From: Stylophora pistillata
Taxonomy: Eukaryota
Reading direction: 5' to 3'
Assembly (NCBI RefSeq): GCF_002571385.2
Contig: NW_019217887.1
Location: 415,010-479,009 of the forward strand
DNA length: 64,000 bases
Shown here piece after piece: positions 60,589 to 64,000 of this stretch. The notes below the pieces were generated by a model, which was not told the DNA's origin, searched no databases, and worked only from the letters and a program-made list of their open reading frames with translations. Each line of letters opens with the position of its first letter. Within the stretch, counting starts at the first letter, position 1. Position numbers and translations under genes: made by a program.

Positions 60589-61502
60589 GTATGTTGTGTG
60601 TATCGTCACTGTTTCTGGCTTCCATGTGGGAGACTTAATGGCTCAATAGGTTTAATAGCCTGAGGTTATGATAGTAATAGTAATGATAATGATGATAATA
60701 ATATGAATAATAATAATGGCAATTATGGAAATTTAGCAATGGACATTATCCAAGGTGTCACTTGTCCACTGTTAACATATCGGCGCATTAGAATTTGGAA
60801 TGGTGCTATTTTGTGGCGGGGTGAAAATCCGAAGAACCCGGTGAAAACCCCCCTGAGTAAGGAAGAGAGCCGACAGAAAACTCGACCCACATGTGATGCC
60901 AGGTCTGGGAATCGAACCTAGATCACAGCGGTGTCGGGTCAGCGCTCGCACCACTCCGCCTTCTTTAACCTTGGCCTCAGTGCCACTCTCTCTCCACCCG
61001 GGAATATAAATTGACATCGGTGAACCTGTAAGCGAATCCTACTGTATTTGGGGTGGTTACCCATAGTTGACTAGCCTTCTATTCAGGGAGAGTAATTTTA
61101 CATCTAGTCGATCTTTGCTATGGAAACCGAGATAAGTTCTAAGTCTGTCTCATGCGCAGACTTACACTCGCAGTTCAGTCTCAGTTGTTCTATTCCCGGG
61201 CCTGTTTTTAAGCGCCTCGATGTTAAAGCCTTGAAGTTTCATTTACAAAGCGAAACAAATCGTTTTTGTTTTACCTGAAAAGCTTTTGTACGAGGAAACA
61301 GCCCGTGTGGCATTGAGACCAAACGCAAACTTNNNNNNNNNNNNNNNNNNNNNNNNNNNNNNNNNNNNNNNNNNNNNNNNNNNNNNNNNNNNNNNNNNNN
61401 NNNNNNNNNNNNNNNNNNNNNNNNNNNNNNNNNNNNNNNCATCTATCCAGTCAGCGTTTTACAGAGACCCCGTGAATTTCGCTGGCTTTACGCCATAAAG
61501 GA

Positions 61503-61791
61503 CGTGGCAAAGCCAGTTAAATTCACACGAGACAGTGGTTGCCGAGCACGTGACTCAGATCTTCTGAGAGTCTCCAGTGGATAATCTATAATATGATTCT
61601 AGACAGTTATTGACTCTAATTAATTAACGACTGGAAATTCCCCACACTAACTAGTGCAGCGCAGCACAGTGCTCAACAACAACAAAATTACAAATATGTA
61701 TATCAACATATGATCCCCTTCAAAAATAACCAGAAAGTGATCACGTGCTAGGCAACCACTGTCTCGTGTGAATTTGACTGGCTTTACAACG
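61503..61791. mobile_element. MITE with about 50-bp TIRs
   Basis: aaagccagttaaattcacacgagacagtggttgcc / ggcaaccactgtctcgtgtgaatttgactggcttt. Confidence 0.7.
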
Positions 61792-61895
61792 TAGGCTCGA
61801 TTACCAACCGCTGTTCGCAAAAATGAGCCCGCACTTATCCCCCCGAAGGGGAAGATCAAAAGACCGGACCCGGGAGACGGTGGAAATCGAGCCTA
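61792..61895. mobile_element. 104-bp Academ-like MITE, 9-bp TSD with one mismatch
   Basis: taggctcgatt..aatcgagccta; tttacaacg / tttgcaacg; a related copy lies in reverse orientation at about 20547-20658. Confidence 0.7.
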
Positions 61896-63397
61896 TTTGC
61901 AACGCCGACTTCAGGTTGAAACAGAAATATCTCTTCGAACCAAAAATACAGACACATGCAAGCTTCTTTAAAAACTAGCTTTACCCAAATTTCTCGTGCT
62001 ACCCAAAAAATCTGAGTTGCCCAAAATCTGGGGGGGGGGACTGCAACCCCCCCCCCCTCGGCCCGTACGCCTATGGGTAAAGTTGAAAGAGTTCTTGTTA
62101 ATCGTGTAAGCCGGGCACAGGCGGCATTTTGTCATCAAAATTGTAAAGGCATTCTAATGGTTTAACTTGCAAGATGTTAAATACGTAAAAACTAATATTC
62201 TGATAACTATGAACATTTCAACATAAAAGCAGTAGATTATTCAGATAAAACAAAAAAGAACTGAAAAAAAACATCGACTGCACAGTAAAGCTGGAAGAGT
62301 GTTGGAGAATAGGATTTATTTTTTGACGATATGAAAGTGACTGACATTAGAACTTCATTACTGTGTGCTTCGATGTACAATCCACATGTCTGATACAGCT
62401 TTCGGTAACTTCAGCAAGACTCCTGAAATTTACCACCTCAATTCATCACTACTTGCGTAAAACTTATAAACCCATCTGGTAAAAAGCTCGCGCAAAATTG
62501 GTATCCATGTTATCCTGACTCAAGAACAAAACAATGAAACGTCCAAAATCGACAAAAGAAAACACATCAAAAATATTTTACAGTCTGCGAGCCCAAATTT
62601 TCAATGCGAACAAACTCAAACTCAATTGTTCGTAAGAGGCAGAAAATATTTCATGTCTGCGAGCCCTAATTTTTAATGCGAACAAACCCAAAATCAATTG
62701 TTCACAAGAGGCAGAAAGTATTTTATGGTCTACGAACCCTAATTTTTACAAGTGAACAAACGCAACACAAACACGTGATTGTCAAACTACTACGCAACTC
62801 ATAGCAACAATGTGTGCACGGTCTGCGTTGGAGAAAGAAAAAAAACCTAGCGAATTGACGGTGGGCATTGCTGTTAAAAAAGCGGTTTAAGTGGTGACTT
62901 CCTGACAGAACTTTATAGTAGTTCGCTCACAGAATATCGTGCGAATTGGCTCATGCTTTGGTAATCTTGCCTTAAATAGTTTCACGGTTCGCTGCACCGA
63001 GTCACTTGAAAGTCGTACCTGTATTAAGCGGTAAACCACGAGGACCACATCTTGCAAAAACAGTTTTAGTTCGCTGCACCGAGTCACAATTAAGGGAAAG
63101 GACAGCTTAAGTTGCACGATATAGAGATGTAACAATCAAGTGAAAGGACAACTAAAGTTGCGCGATATAGAAATGTAAAAATCAAATGTAAGGACAGCTG
63201 AAGTTGTGCGAGATAGAAATTTATCAACCGATTTATATAAACAAAAAGTGGTAACATCGATTCGTCAGTCCAACGGTATTATAAACTAATGAAAACCACT
63301 TCAATCAGAAAGGAGGCAAGAAATCAAACTCGATTTGTTGGTGGATGATCTTTTATCTTTGACCTCGGTTAATTGTGGCGCGCCGAAGCGGACAAAT

Positions 63398-63620
63398 CTA
63401 CTTGTGTATGGATATATACGACTCGTTGCGAAAATATAAAACTTGTTTTGTAAAATATACGACTTGCTGCGGAAATATAAACTTGTTTTGTAAAATACAA
63501 GACTTGTTGCGGAAATAAAAGACTTGTTTTGTTAAATATACCACTCGTTGCGAAAATATAAGACTTGTTTTGTAAAATATAAGACTTGTTGCAGATAAGA
63601 CTGGTTGCAGATAAGACTTC
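63398..63620. repeat. Minisatellite, about 41-bp dimer of ~20-bp acttgtt units
   Basis: gacttgttgcggaaatataa / gacttgttttgtaaaatata alternate. A separate array of three ~76-bp units lies at about 62570-62762. Confidence 0.8.
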
Positions 63621-64000
63621 ATTGTTCGCGGTGAAAAATGATACTTTGAGGGCGCCCACTGTCTGTGGTCAGCTGCTTTGCAGCAGAGCTCATGCTGATT
63701 TCTGTTGGTAGTTGTCTGCTTGCAATGACGAGTGCGATGATAAGTTGAACAGAGTTATTCCTCAGTTTTTCAGCTGCTTCTTTATCTGCTACAAACAAGT
63801 TTCGTCTAACGTCCTCGCAAATTTGTTTTCCAAGTTCTAACACTCCAAGAAAAGCTCCTAACTCATCCGCCATCTTTTTTTAGGCTTGAGGAGCGGTGGG
63901 CTGTGTTCCACTTACCGCTGAACAGTCAAATCGCTGGCGCTGTTAAAGTAAAATATTTATACAAAGTCGTATATTTTACTAAACAAGTGTTATATTTTCG

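Overview
Eukaryotic, intron-containing animal DNA (AT-rich, GT-AG introns, N gaps). Gene content and repeat families suggest a cnidarian, probably a scleractinian coral (inference). Nine protein-coding genes were assembled by hand from splice signals and reading frame: 3' part of ARMC5 (+), SIRT4 (-), a 13-exon TMEM116-like 7TM gene (+), mevalonate kinase MVK (+), two tandem flavin-containing monooxygenases (-), sedoheptulokinase SHPK (+), MRM3/RNMTL1 (-) and the 5' part of DEPDC5 (+). They form three head-to-head pairs. Introns and spacers are packed with non-autonomous transposons, SINEs and LINE tails, often nested. Highlights: (1) a 627-bp foldback element with CACAGG termini and a near-perfect 7-bp TSD fills most of the FMO/SHPK divergent promoter and offers each gene a mirror-image uORF and 121-nt intron; (2) an intact minimal hammerhead ribozyme inside a Penelope-like insertion with an inverted end and a 14-bp TSD, plus two decayed relatives; (3) TAG..CTA elements with 9-bp TSDs, one keeping a RecQ-helicase remnant (AcademH-like); (4) a 2.5-kb TIR element with a GGATCC higher-order repeat; (5) sharply different CpG content in the two FMO paralogues; (6) a shared motif in two bidirectional promoters. 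All coordinates and counts are manual and no database searches were run.
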